Positions 8,706 through 16,002 of a stretch of DNA of 37,908 nucleotides are shown in pieces. Origin of the DNA: a virus (lineage: Duplodnaviria > Caudoviricetes); the IMG/VR virus record IMGVR_UViG_3300034161_000022, positions 1-37,908 of that record; one strand, given 5' to 3'. The first letter of the stretch is position 1. Every line of letters starts with the position of its first letter. Position numbers and translations under genes: made by a program. Under the pieces are notes generated by a model. The model was given only the letters and a program-made list of their open reading frames with translations, did no database searches and was not told where the DNA came from.

Positions 8706-9299
8706 TCAAGCGAGTGCGCGAAGTTTTTCGACACGTTGGTTTTTTAGGTGGTCATGCAAGACAGCCGGATGCGGCGCCTCGCCGGCTTTTATGGCGCGCT
8801 CGGTGGCGGCCTCTACCTCGTCTGTAGTGACGTTTGTCACCACCCAGCGGCGAAACAGTTGCCGCGTCGCGGAGTCATTCACCAGATACGGCGGACAGTT
8901 CAGGTCAGACTTGAACCATTCGGCCCACTGCTTATCGGTCACGAAAAGCTGACGAGAGCCCGCAAGAATTGCCGGGGCGTCAGCAGGCACCAGCCTAGCG
9001 ACCAGCTCGCCGACCAAGGTCAGGCGCAACCGGCCATTCTCATCGCCGCGATCAATCACGCGGGCGTGATCGCAATAGCTTAAGAATTCACCGGCATCCT
9101 CTTGATTGCAGTGCAGAGCGGCCAAGAAGTCGCCCCAGGCCACCACGGCGGTCAGGGTTGAAACTGCCCTATCAGCTCGCTCGGTCACCAGCTCAATCAA
9201 CTTCAACAAGCGGGCAAGGCCAAGCAGCCCGAAACGCTGCTCAACCTTGCGACCAATAACCATTTCTGACAGGCCGACAGGAAAATAGGCTGGGGTCAT
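8706..9299 (-). CDS. Phage replication-initiator-like protein (replisome-organizer N-terminus/DnaD-like C-terminus)
   Basis: RFGLLGLARLLKLIELV winged-helix-like N-terminus; directly after cro. Confidence 0.5.
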   Translation of the reverse strand: MTPAYFPVGLSEMVIGRKVEQRFGLLGLARLLKLIELVTERADRAVSTLTAVVAWGDFLAALHCNQEDAGEFLSYCDHARVIDRGDENGRLRLTLVGELVARLVPADAPAILAGSRQLFVTDKQWAEWFKSDLNCPPYLVNDSATRQLFRRWVVTNVTTDEVEAATERAIKAGEAPHPAVLHDHLKNQRVEKLRALA

Positions 9300-9559
9300 T
9301 CTTTGAAATCCAAACCTTGACCGGGAAGCGTAAATTTCGCGGTTTTATCCTTGAGAGCCGCCCAGAACGGGTTGTAGATGCCGTTAAAGTCCACTCGTCC
9401 GCGCGAAACGACCACGATATTCAAGGCTGCGCGAAACGACGGTGGGTTCTCAAACCGGCGCCATGAATCGACCGTGCGGCGCTTCTCATTTAAAAGATCC
9501 GCCGCAACTTGCGAGGCGCCAATGGGCGAAAGGCTATCAATCCAGGCGTTCAGTTCCAC
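9296..9559 (-). CDS. cro: Cro-like HTH regulator
   Basis: Divergent from cI; QVAADLLNEKRRTVDSWRRFENPP HTH; start uncertain (GTG at 9559 chosen). Confidence 0.75.
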   Translation of the reverse strand: MELNAWIDSLSPIGASQVAADLLNEKRRTVDSWRRFENPPSFRAALNIVVVSRGRVDFNGIYNPFWAALKDKTAKFTLPGQGLDFKE

Positions 9560-9572
9560 AGCGAATCCGTTT

Positions 9573-9654
9573 TTAACAGAGTTGCTGTTTATATTGACTA
9601 CGGGGATACCCAAAAACAAGTTCTTTTTAGTGTTTTTTACATATTGAATGTATA
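9573..9654. promoter_or_regulatory. cI/cro switch operators (ACA-N7-TGT)
   Basis: TTAACAGAGTTGCTGTTTA (9573-9591) and TTTACATATTGAATGTATA (9636-9654) in the AT-rich divergent intergenic region. Confidence 0.65.
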
Positions 9655-9666
9655 TTCGCTGCTGGA

Positions 9667-10347
9667 ATGATTCCTACAGAGACGCCAATGCTTCCACTCA
9701 AAGAAAAGATCATGAATCGACTCAAGGCGTGCCGCGCACATCAAGGATGGACGTTCGCCGAAACCGCCGCAGAGCTAGCCAAGATAACCGGCGCAAAATT
9801 CATACCTTCGCGCTATGGCAACTGGGAGCTGGGCATTAATACGCCGCCCCTGGACATGATGATCGCCCTCGGGACGCTGTTCGATAAGCCCCCGGCCTAT
9901 CTGTCTGGCTTAACAGACGACGACGGCAAAGCACCAGAAACCCGCGACTATCTTGTCCCGGCGCAATCCATCGTACCAAGCTCAAAAGGCCTCGTGACTT
10001 TAGGAGAAAAGGCACTGGCCTTTCACACAAGCTTTCTCGAAAAAATCAAGCTGGACAAGGCCAAAGCCCTGCTTGTCGCTGCGCCAGACGACAGCATGGC
10101 CGGCATTATCGAAGAAGGCGACCTGGCTCTAGTTGACCGCCGCGAAACCACCGTTACGCGTGACGACATGTTCGCAATCTTGGTGGGTGACCGTCTTTGG
10201 TTACGATGGGTCCGCCAGACCTTGCAAGGTGACTACACCGTCCAAGCCGAAAACCGAGACGGTTATCCCGACCAGATCCTGTCGGCCGACCAATTAGCCG
10301 AGCTGTCTATCCTCGGCCGCGTTCGCATGATCACTCACTTACGCTAA
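9667..10347 (+). CDS. cI: CI-like repressor (XRE HTH + S24-like domain)
   Basis: RLKACR...SRYGNWELGINTPP HTH; DDSM...EGDLALVD S24 motif; start may instead be 9688 or 9712. Confidence 0.9.
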   Translation: MIPTETPMLPLKEKIMNRLKACRAHQGWTFAETAAELAKITGAKFIPSRYGNWELGINTPPLDMMIALGTLFDKPPAYLSGLTDDDGKAPETRDYLVPAQSIVPSSKGLVTLGEKALAFHTSFLEKIKLDKAKALLVAAPDDSMAGIIEEGDLALVDRRETTVTRDDMFAILVGDRLWLRWVRQTLQGDYTVQAENRDGYPDQILSADQLAELSILGRVRMITHLR

Positions 10348-10372
10348 AAAATGCCCCGCCTTAGGGGCTTTG
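10347..10372 (+). terminator. Hairpin/terminator after cI
   Basis: GCCCC-GCCTTA-GGGGC-TTT. Confidence 0.5.
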
Positions 10373-10384
10373 CCTCGGCATTCA

Positions 10385-10403
10385 TTTACAGTTAAACTGT
10401 TAA
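10385..10403. promoter_or_regulatory. Operator-like palindrome (ACA-N7-TGT)
   Basis: TTTACAGTTAAACTGTTAA. Confidence 0.6.
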
Positions 10404-10623
10404 AAACACGAATTCATGGACTTATTGCTTTTCGGCTGGTCGGGCTAGCGATACCCTCCCAAAGCTCCCTTGTTTTCCTTTCAAAGCCTTATTTTAATTG
10501 CCTTTTGCCATCATCGACGGCGACCTCTATGATTGCGGTCCCTGGCCGACAGAGGCCAAAGCAGGGCCAGAAAAACAAGCTAAAGCAATATTTGCCCCAA
10601 TATGGGGCATTTTTGATCATGGA

Positions 10624-10651
10624 TTTACACTAAAAGTGTAATTAACAGAAT
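10624..10651 (+). promoter_or_regulatory. pL-like promoter overlapping an operator
   Basis: TTTACACTAAAAGTGTAAT operator; TTTACA-16 nt-CAGAAT upstream of the ORF at 10670. Confidence 0.5.
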
Positions 10652-10669
10652 GCAAGGTAGTAATCTGAT

Positions 10670-10954
10670 ATGACACCAGGAACGTTGACCACCCTTCACA
10701 CCACCATTGCCACCCTTAGCGTAGGGAACGGCATTGTCCTTTTCACCGAAGACACTCAGCGCCTTATCTGCATAACAATGAACCGCAAGGCCGCAGTGGC
10801 TGGAGGCATTGAAGCCATTGCAGCTCGGGCAATTGACACTGGCGATGCTGACGAAGCCCTGGAACACATCGTTAACCTGGCCGCCGAACTTCGCGAAGAA
10901 CTGCTAAACCTGGCCAACCTCGCAGGCCAAATCGCCGCCGCAAAAGCCGCTTAA
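10670..10954 (+). CDS. Hypothetical protein
   Basis: 94 aa, AAGGT RBS, first gene after the operator. Confidence 0.7.
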   Translation: MTPGTLTTLHTTIATLSVGNGIVLFTEDTQRLICITMNRKAAVAGGIEAIAARAIDTGDADEALEHIVNLAAELREELLNLANLAGQIAAAKAA

Positions 10955-10980
10955 TCACCCAAGGGACAAGGACGCACACG

Positions 10981-11442
10981 ATGTACGCTGAAATGGAAAT
11001 TCAAGGCGAAGACGTTATTGGGCTACCGGGCCAGGCGCTCAATAATGCTGAATTGCGCGTACTAGTCGGCCTCGCCGACGGCCAAACCCCCAACACCATC
11101 GGCGCCTTACTGGGCGTCGATAGCAGCGGTTTTCGCCTAATAGAACGCACCATCAAAGCCAAACTCGGGGCAAAAACTCACCCTCACATGATCTCGCGCG
11201 CATTCACCTTGGGCGTGCTGATTCCGCGCGCTTTATGCCTACTGCTATCGGTCCTATGCGCTACAGAACATGCCGACGATGGGAACCGCAACCAGACGCG
11301 CCGCAACAGCCGTAGCGCGCCTACATCACGCCTGGCACGCAACAACACAACCCGCACCGCTAGCGGCTCTCGCTGCCACCTAGAAAGCCAGCAAGTGGCC
11401 CAGTGTTTTCAACTGGCCGGCGCCTCTCAAACATTTAGCTAA
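10981..11442 (+). CDS. LuxR-type HTH regulator (phage family)
   Basis: LNNAELRVLVGLADGQTPNTIGALLG...IKAKLGAKTHPHMISRAFTLG, then a hydrophobic stretch and Arg-rich tail. Confidence 0.8.
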   Translation: MYAEMEIQGEDVIGLPGQALNNAELRVLVGLADGQTPNTIGALLGVDSSGFRLIERTIKAKLGAKTHPHMISRAFTLGVLIPRALCLLLSVLCATEHADDGNRNQTRRNSRSAPTSRLARNNTTRTASGSRCHLESQQVAQCFQLAGASQTFS

Positions 11443-11520
11443 TTAGCTAAATTGCTAATTAGCTTGTCAATCTGGCGCGCGGGGTTATACTTCAGCCGTC
11501 TTTAGCTAATTCGCTAATTC
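11434..11520 (+). promoter_or_regulatory. parA promoter flanked by TTAGCTAA tandem repeats (putative centromere/operator)
   Basis: TTAGCTAATTAGCTAAATTGCTAATTAGCT, TTGTCA-16 nt-TATACT (11464-11491), TTTAGCTAATTCGCTAATTC. Confidence 0.75.
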
Positions 11521-11540
11521 GGATAAAGGAAACCCCGCAG

Positions 11541-12197
11541 ATGCAAACCCCTCACGCAATCGGCTGTATTTCTCAGAAAGGCGGCGCCTGGAAATCGACT
11601 CTCGCCCGAGCCCTCGGCACTACCTATACGGCAGCCGGATGGGAAACAAAAATCATCGACCTCGACATAAAGCAAGCCACCGCCACCAACTGGCAACAAC
11701 GACGCCTGCGCGCGGAGATTGCCCCCGCCGTTCCCGTCCAGCTTTATGGCAACGTGGCCACCGCACTCAGTCGCGCAGGTGACGCCGACCTTTTCATTTT
11801 TGATGGCCCGGCGAACGCCACCGAAGAAACCGTAAGAATCGCCAAAGCCTGCCAGCTTCTTATCCTGCCAACTGGCCTCACCCTTGACGACCTTGAGCCA
11901 CAAGTGGCGCTAGCCAACAGCCTGGCCGACTCACATGGCATCCCAGTTGAACGGATCGTTTTCGCCCTGTGCAAGTCCAGCAAGCGAGCGGCACCGGTCG
12001 ACGCGGCCAGAACCTACCTTGGCAAGACCCGATTTGCCGTACTCGACGGCTCGATTCGCAATCAGGACTGTTACGCCTCAGCTATGAATGAAGGCCGCTC
12101 TATCACCGAAACCCCGTTTAAAGGCCCACGGGCCGACGCCATGCAAGTCATCCAATCGGCCGTCGATCACTTTGAGCGCCTGACCTTAAATAGCTAA
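11541..12197 (+). CDS. parA: Partition ATPase ParA (short, type Ib)
   Basis: SQKGGAWKST deviant Walker A, IDLD, FIFDGPA Walker B; no N-terminal HTH. Confidence 0.93.
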   Translation: MQTPHAIGCISQKGGAWKSTLARALGTTYTAAGWETKIIDLDIKQATATNWQQRRLRAEIAPAVPVQLYGNVATALSRAGDADLFIFDGPANATEETVRIAKACQLLILPTGLTLDDLEPQVALANSLADSHGIPVERIVFALCKSSKRAAPVDAARTYLGKTRFAVLDGSIRNQDCYASAMNEGRSITETPFKGPRADAMQVIQSAVDHFERLTLNS

Positions 12198-12220
12198 TTA
12201 GCTAAATCGCTAAATCGCTG
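12190..12220. repeat. TTAGCTAA-type tandem repeats between parA and its partner
   Basis: ATAGCTAATTAGCTAAATCGCTAAATCGCTG. Confidence 0.75.
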
Positions 12221-12256
12221 ATAAGATCCGCTCAACGCAATTAAGGACTTTCGACC

Positions 12257-12547
12257 ATGCCAAGCAAAACAACCACAGCCGCACCGACACCCGCTGTGAA
12301 AGTCAGCAAACCACCGCGCCGAAACACCCTGGGCGAACCACCACAATCGGCCGCCGACACAGCATCGGTAGGCAATAACACAAAAGTTGCTGCTGACGAC
12401 AAGCTGGTGGACTTAGGATTCAAGCTGCCTCAGGCCTTTCGCCGTAACTTTCGCTTGTTCTGCGCGAGCAACGACATGGCCCAGGTGGACGCATTCAGAG
12501 AAGCAATGGCGGACTACATGAAGAAAAAAGGTTGGGAATCCAACTGA
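12257..12547 (+). CDS. Ribbon-helix-helix centromere-binding protein (ParG-like)
   Basis: Disordered N-terminus then VDLGFKLPQAFRRNFRLFCASNDMAQVDAFREAMADY; directly after parA. Confidence 0.8.
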   Translation: MPSKTTTAAPTPAVKVSKPPRRNTLGEPPQSAADTASVGNNTKVAADDKLVDLGFKLPQAFRRNFRLFCASNDMAQVDAFREAMADYMKKKGWESN

Positions 12548-12622
12548 GAAAGGATTGAGCGCCAAGGTCTTCGACCTCCTTGGCGCTCATAACACCCCGA
12601 AACCCCGCAAAAGGTAAACGAC

Positions 12623-12766
12623 ATGTCAGATCAAGAATATACCACCCTGCGCACCACACGCGTTAACGATTTGGGCAAGATCCGCCCCGGGCAGATAGCC
12701 GAATTCCTAAAGCGCTGCACGCCTGGCGTTCGCCAAGCGATTGAGCTTGCACGCTGGAACAGGTGA
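12623..12766 (+). CDS. Small hypothetical protein (47 aa)
   Basis: AAAGGT RBS; MSDQEYTTLRTTRVNDLGKIRPGQIAEFLKRCTPGVRQAIELARWNR; followed by a terminator. Confidence 0.55.
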   Translation: MSDQEYTTLRTTRVNDLGKIRPGQIAEFLKRCTPGVRQAIELARWNR

Positions 12767-12780
12767 CCCTGCCATTGACA

Positions 12781-12810
12781 GAAAGCCCCGCACCCAGCGG
12801 GGCTTTTTAT
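12781..12810 (+). terminator. Intrinsic terminator at end of par operon
   Basis: AAAGCCCCGC-ACCCA-GCGGGGCTTTTT. Confidence 0.8.
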
Positions 12811-12814
12811 GGGC

Positions 12815-12848
12815 AAAAAAAAACCGCCCTAACCGAAGTCAGAGCGGC
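12815..12848 (-). terminator. Intrinsic terminator of putative toxin mRNA
   Basis: Minus CCGCTCTGAC-TTCG-GTTAGGGCGG-TTTTTTTTT. Confidence 0.8.
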
Positions 12849-12862
12849 CCACCTCTTAGACC

Positions 12863-12958
12863 TTACAGGCCTTCAAAGTAGTCTCGCAGCAGCTCGTAAA
12901 CGTGATGAACACGCAAACAAGTCACTACGAAGTCCCACGCACGTCTTAACTTAGACAT
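12863..12958 (-). CDS. Putative type I toxin peptide (31 aa)
   Basis: GGAGG RBS; MSKLRRAWDFVVTCLRVHHVYELLRDYFEGL; long leader, own terminator, antisense sRNA nearby. Confidence 0.7.
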   Translation of the reverse strand: MSKLRRAWDFVVTCLRVHHVYELLRDYFEGL

Positions 12959-13369
12959 ACCTGGCCCTCCCGTAGTTGGGCCATACCTCCAGTGCGCTCT
13001 ACCGGAACTTGCACACCTTCGGAAACACACCAAGCGTTCCCTATGAGGCGGCTGGGCTTATGGTCCTTCTGCATTAACCGGTACGGGTCTCTAATCCGTG
13101 GCAGTCGGTCCAAAATTCGCGCGCTGGCCCGGCCAACCTCAAAGGTGACGAACGCGGAACATGACCATCATATCGAGGAAATCGGGATTGTGTTGCGGTG
13201 GTAGCTCGCAAGACGCGGACCAACGGTCATCAAAATGGCTCAAAGCCATATGCCATAGGCCTTTGACGGGGTTGGATTAATTGATGAATGGTAGGTTTAC
13301 GACACCCGGTAGACCGTTATTAACGATTTTTCCTTGTGTTTGCTTGTAGCCCGGCGCTACCATCGTTTC

Positions 13370-13454
13370 ACACCAAGCGTTCCCTATGAGCGAGCAAGCC
13401 CGGCCTCTAACCGGATTGCACGGAAAAACCGCCCCCTCTAAGGCGGTTTTTTTT
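13370..13454 (+). ncRNA. Putative antitoxin sRNA (~85 nt)
   Basis: TTGTGT-18 nt-TACCAT promoter (13334-13363); 13369-13390 is identical to 13026-13047 and therefore antisense to the toxin leader; ends in an AAAAACCGCC...GGCGGTTTTTTTT terminator. Confidence 0.7.
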
Positions 13455-13500
13455 CGCCTGTACTTTTCCCCGTTACCCGTCACGCCGCCGAGGTTTTGCC

Positions 13501-13695
13501 ATGTCGATCACCCTGGACCTGTCCGCGCACGAACTGCAAACCCTGGCCGACTTCCGCCGGATGCACGCCGAGTACCAGCGCACCACCTCCAGCACGCCCG
13601 AGCTGGAATTAACGCGCCGCTACAGCGCCCTTAGCACGGCGGCGCAGATCCTGGCCGAAGCCCTGGACAAAGCCGCCCGCGCGCAGGGCGTGTGA
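13501..13695 (+). CDS. Hypothetical protein
   Basis: 64 aa with GAGG RBS; helical composition. Confidence 0.7.
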   Translation: MSITLDLSAHELQTLADFRRMHAEYQRTTSSTPELELTRRYSALSTAAQILAEALDKAARAQGV

Positions 13696-13699
13696 CCGG

Positions 13700-13939
13700 T
13701 CACGACTCCACCGCAAACGACACAATCCCCAACCCCGAGGTGAAGCGCTCCAGGGTGTCGAGACTGGCCCAGGTCCGCACGGCCTCACGCTGGGAGCGAA
13801 CCGGCATCCATTTGGAGCCTGGACCGCCCAGGCGTACCCATACCGCCCATTTTTTGCCCTCGCGGGATACTTTGCATTCCCGTACTGCCCCACTGGCCAC
13901 CAGGGGCTCTAGGTCAGCCTCGTGGAATCCCCTTCGCAT
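13700..13939 (-). CDS. Small plasmid protein, RP4 ParC-like family
   Basis: LVASGAVRE...WAVWVRLG...RSQRE.VRTWASLDT...LGIVSFAVE pattern; GAGG RBS. Confidence 0.55.
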   Translation of the reverse strand: MRRGFHEADLEPLVASGAVRECKVSREGKKWAVWVRLGGPGSKWMPVRSQREAVRTWASLDTLERFTSGLGIVSFAVES

Positions 13940-14029
13940 GCGCTTGCCTCATTGATCTTATTTGCCATGCCCGCTGGCCACCGTGGCCCGGGCACGGTGT
14001 GCAGGGTAGCAAGCGGCGGCCGGGGCCGG

Positions 14030-14467
14030 TCACTGAAATTCATCCTCTTGCAGCACGCGCGGATCGGCGCGCCGCGCCAGGCGCGCGCACTCGCGGGCCA
14101 GCTCGGCCGGGCTGTAGTTCGACAACACGGCAATCAGACCCTTAAGCCGGGTCTTGAAATAGCCGGTATCCAGCGCGCCGGCCTCGCTTTTCGGCAGCCC
14201 CGGGGCATCACGTTGCACACCTAAACGCACCTGGGCGTCAGCGACCGCACGGCGGCCGTGCGCGGAAAAACCTTCGGCGGCCACAGGGTGATAACCGGCC
14301 TCTACCATCCGACCGACCCACCAGCGCACGTAATCGCCGGCCTCTTCCAGATCGTCGGCGCTGTCGACCTGCTCAATCGCCTCCAGCAGCTTGAACGCGC
14401 GCGCCTCCAGCGACCGCAAGCGCTCCAGGGTCAGCGCCTCGGGGGCTTTGGCTTTCTTCGCGGCCAT
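14030..14467 (-). CDS. Hypothetical protein (145 aa) with C-terminal domain shared with 15154-15549
   Basis: Start MAAKKAKAP coupled by TGATG; ends LDTGYF...ARECARLARRADPRVLQEDEF. Confidence 0.7.
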   Translation of the reverse strand: MAAKKAKAPEALTLERLRSLEARAFKLLEAIEQVDSADDLEEAGDYVRWWVGRMVEAGYHPVAAEGFSAHGRRAVADAQVRLGVQRDAPGLPKSEAGALDTGYFKTRLKGLIAVLSNYSPAELARECARLARRADPRVLQEDEFQ

Positions 14468-14850
14468 CAAACCCACCCCTTTTGCAGATTCGCCCAGGCC
14501 GAGGAATAGACCCGATAGACGCGAAACGATAGCACCTCGCGGCCGTCCAGCTCGCCGCGCGCCACCAGGCGGCCCCAGTGGCCGCGTACCACGCCGCTTT
14601 CTTCCAGGGCCACCAGCAGCCAGCGGGCACGCTGCAGCCCGATCCCAAACCGGCGCATCAGCGCGCGCGGGCCGGTGAACGGCCGCGCGGCGACAAACCG
14701 GCGCGCCGACCGAAATAGCGGGTCTCCTATCCATAGGCGCGACTGGCCGACCGGCGAACACGGCGCCCAGGACGGTAGGGACGGATTGGCGTCGAACACC
14801 GCCTGGGCGACGGCCGCAAAGCTCACCGGCTCGACCGGGGCCGCGCTCAT
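14467..14850 (-). CDS. Stand-alone FtsK gamma-domain protein
   Basis: DPLFRSARRFV...LMRRFGIGLQRARWLLVALEESGVV matches the FtsK-gamma consensus DPL...A..FV...QRR.RIGYNRAARL...E..GIV. Confidence 0.7.
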   Translation of the reverse strand: MSAAPVEPVSFAAVAQAVFDANPSLPSWAPCSPVGQSRLWIGDPLFRSARRFVAARPFTGPRALMRRFGIGLQRARWLLVALEESGVVRGHWGRLVARGELDGREVLSFRVYRVYSSAWANLQKGWV

Positions 14851-15119
14851 TGCTCATACCCCGCCAGATAGCCCGGCGCTTTCTGATCCATCAGCAGCCC
14901 GCGCAGGGTCCAGGCCAGGCGGCCGCTGTCGTCGCGCAGGCGATCATCCAGCGTTTCGGCCGATACCGGAATCACGTCGTCGAGGGTATAGGCACCCGGA
15001 CCGGCGATGGCATTCGCCAGGGCCAGCGCCTGGGCTTCATCCTCGGCCGCGTAAATGTCGTCATCCGCGACCCAAAAGGCCAGCAGCGGCCGGGTCAGGT
15101 CACGCACAGGGGTAGTCAT
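14847..15119 (-). CDS. Acidic hypothetical phage protein (90 aa)
   Basis: AAGGAG RBS; LAFWVADDDIYAAEDEAQAL...PGYLAG. Confidence 0.75.
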   Translation of the reverse strand: MTTPVRDLTRPLLAFWVADDDIYAAEDEAQALALANAIAGPGAYTLDDVIPVSAETLDDRLRDDSGRLAWTLRGLLMDQKAPGYLAGYEQ

Positions 15120-15153
15120 GGGCAACGCTCCTTTTTCAATGGATAGTGACGCG

Positions 15154-15549
15154 TCACGCGCCGGATTTGGCAAGGGCGACAGATCGCACACGATCCGCCT
15201 CAAGCAGATCCTCGCCCTGCTGCGACAACTCCCACAGTGCCGGGCTGCGCTGCACCCGATTGAGCAGGGCCAGTTGCGTCAGCAGGTCGAACCAGTGCCG
15301 GCCAATATCGGCGCCTTGGCCGTCGTCGGCGCACTCCTGAAAGCGGCGCAGCTTGCTGACGACCTTGACGGCAAACGGCGCCGGATCGCCGACAAACTCA
15401 GCCTCATGCAGTACCGCCGGATCGGCGACTTTGGCCATGCGCGCGCACTCCCGCGCCCATTCGTCGCGGGTATAGCTCGACGCGCCGTTGAGCATGCGCT
15501 CCATCTTGCGACTGAAATAATCGACATCGAGGCCGTGGCTGTTTTTCAT
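15154..15549 (-). CDS. Two-domain hypothetical protein (131 aa)
   Basis: AAGGAG RBS before MKNSHGLDVDYF; C-terminal LRRFQECADDGQGADIG...WELSQQG. Confidence 0.75.
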   Translation of the reverse strand: MKNSHGLDVDYFSRKMERMLNGASSYTRDEWARECARMAKVADPAVLHEAEFVGDPAPFAVKVVSKLRRFQECADDGQGADIGRHWFDLLTQLALLNRVQRSPALWELSQQGEDLLEADRVRSVALAKSGA

Positions 15550-15596
15550 CGCGCGGAATCTCCTTTTTTCGTAGGTTGTGACGCGGCACGCGCCGG

Positions 15597-15827
15597 TCAC
15601 TCAATGGCTTCGTCGATGGCGTCCATGGCTTCTTGCACCGAGTCCACGGCGGCGCTGATCCGCTCGGCGGCCTGCTCCATAGCTTGACCGTTGTCGGCTT
15701 GCTGCAAGCCTTCGGGCAGGTTGTCGAAGCCTTCCTGTTCTTCGTCTTGCAACTCTTGCAGGCGGTCGCGCAGATCCTGCAACTGCTGGAAAATTTCGAG
15801 CAGGGCCTTACGGCGATCCTTGTTCAT
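15597..15827 (-). CDS. Acidic coiled-coil hypothetical protein
   Basis: 76 aa MNKDRRK...EEQEGFDNLPEGLQ; AAGGAG RBS. Confidence 0.8.
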   Translation of the reverse strand: MNKDRRKALLEIFQQLQDLRDRLQELQDEEQEGFDNLPEGLQQADNGQAMEQAAERISAAVDSVQEAMDAIDEAIE

Positions 15828-15871
15828 GCGGTGCGTTCTCCTTTGCGAGTGAGTGGCGGGGTTCGCCTAAA

Positions 15872-15915
15872 ATCACTTTGCCTAAAAGTGATACATCATT
15901 TTGCCATAAAGTGAT
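15872..15915. promoter_or_regulatory. Tandem palindromic operators ATCACTTT-N5-AAAGTGAT
   Basis: 15872-15892 perfect and 15895-15915 with one mismatch, upstream of the operon starting at 15827. Confidence 0.7.
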
Positions 15916-15926
15916 AATCGCCGGCA

Positions 15927-15963
15927 CAAAAAAAGCCCCCCGACTTATGACTAAGTGGGGGGG
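15927..15963 (-). terminator. Intrinsic terminator
   Basis: Minus CCCCCCACTTAG-TCA-TAAGTCGGGGGG-CTTTTTTT. Confidence 0.65.
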
Positions 15964-15966
15964 TCG

Positions 15967-15994
15967 GTTTTACATAAGAGGCGTTATTCGTAAC
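15967..15994 (-). other. dif-like XerC/XerD recombination site
   Basis: Minus GTTACGAATAA-CGCCTC-TTATGTAAAAC has the 11-6-11 layout; the XerD arm is two mismatches from TTATGTTAAAT. Confidence 0.7.
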
Positions 15995-16002
15995 GCGGCG
16001 GG

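Noticed and set aside
10385-10403. LexA SOS box
   Set aside because: Half-sites are ACAG-N5-CTGT, the wrong order and spacing for CTGT-N8-ACAG; it fits the phage operator family instead
13026-13390. 22-bp direct repeat as an att core or target-site duplication
   Set aside because: The copies are only ~340 bp apart with no mobile gene between them; the second copy sits at a promoter +1 and precedes a terminator, which fits an antisense sRNA better
14030-14857. 275-aa ORF as called in the track
   Set aside because: Its 5' half overlaps the FtsK-gamma gene in another frame; the real start is most likely the coupled ATG at 14467
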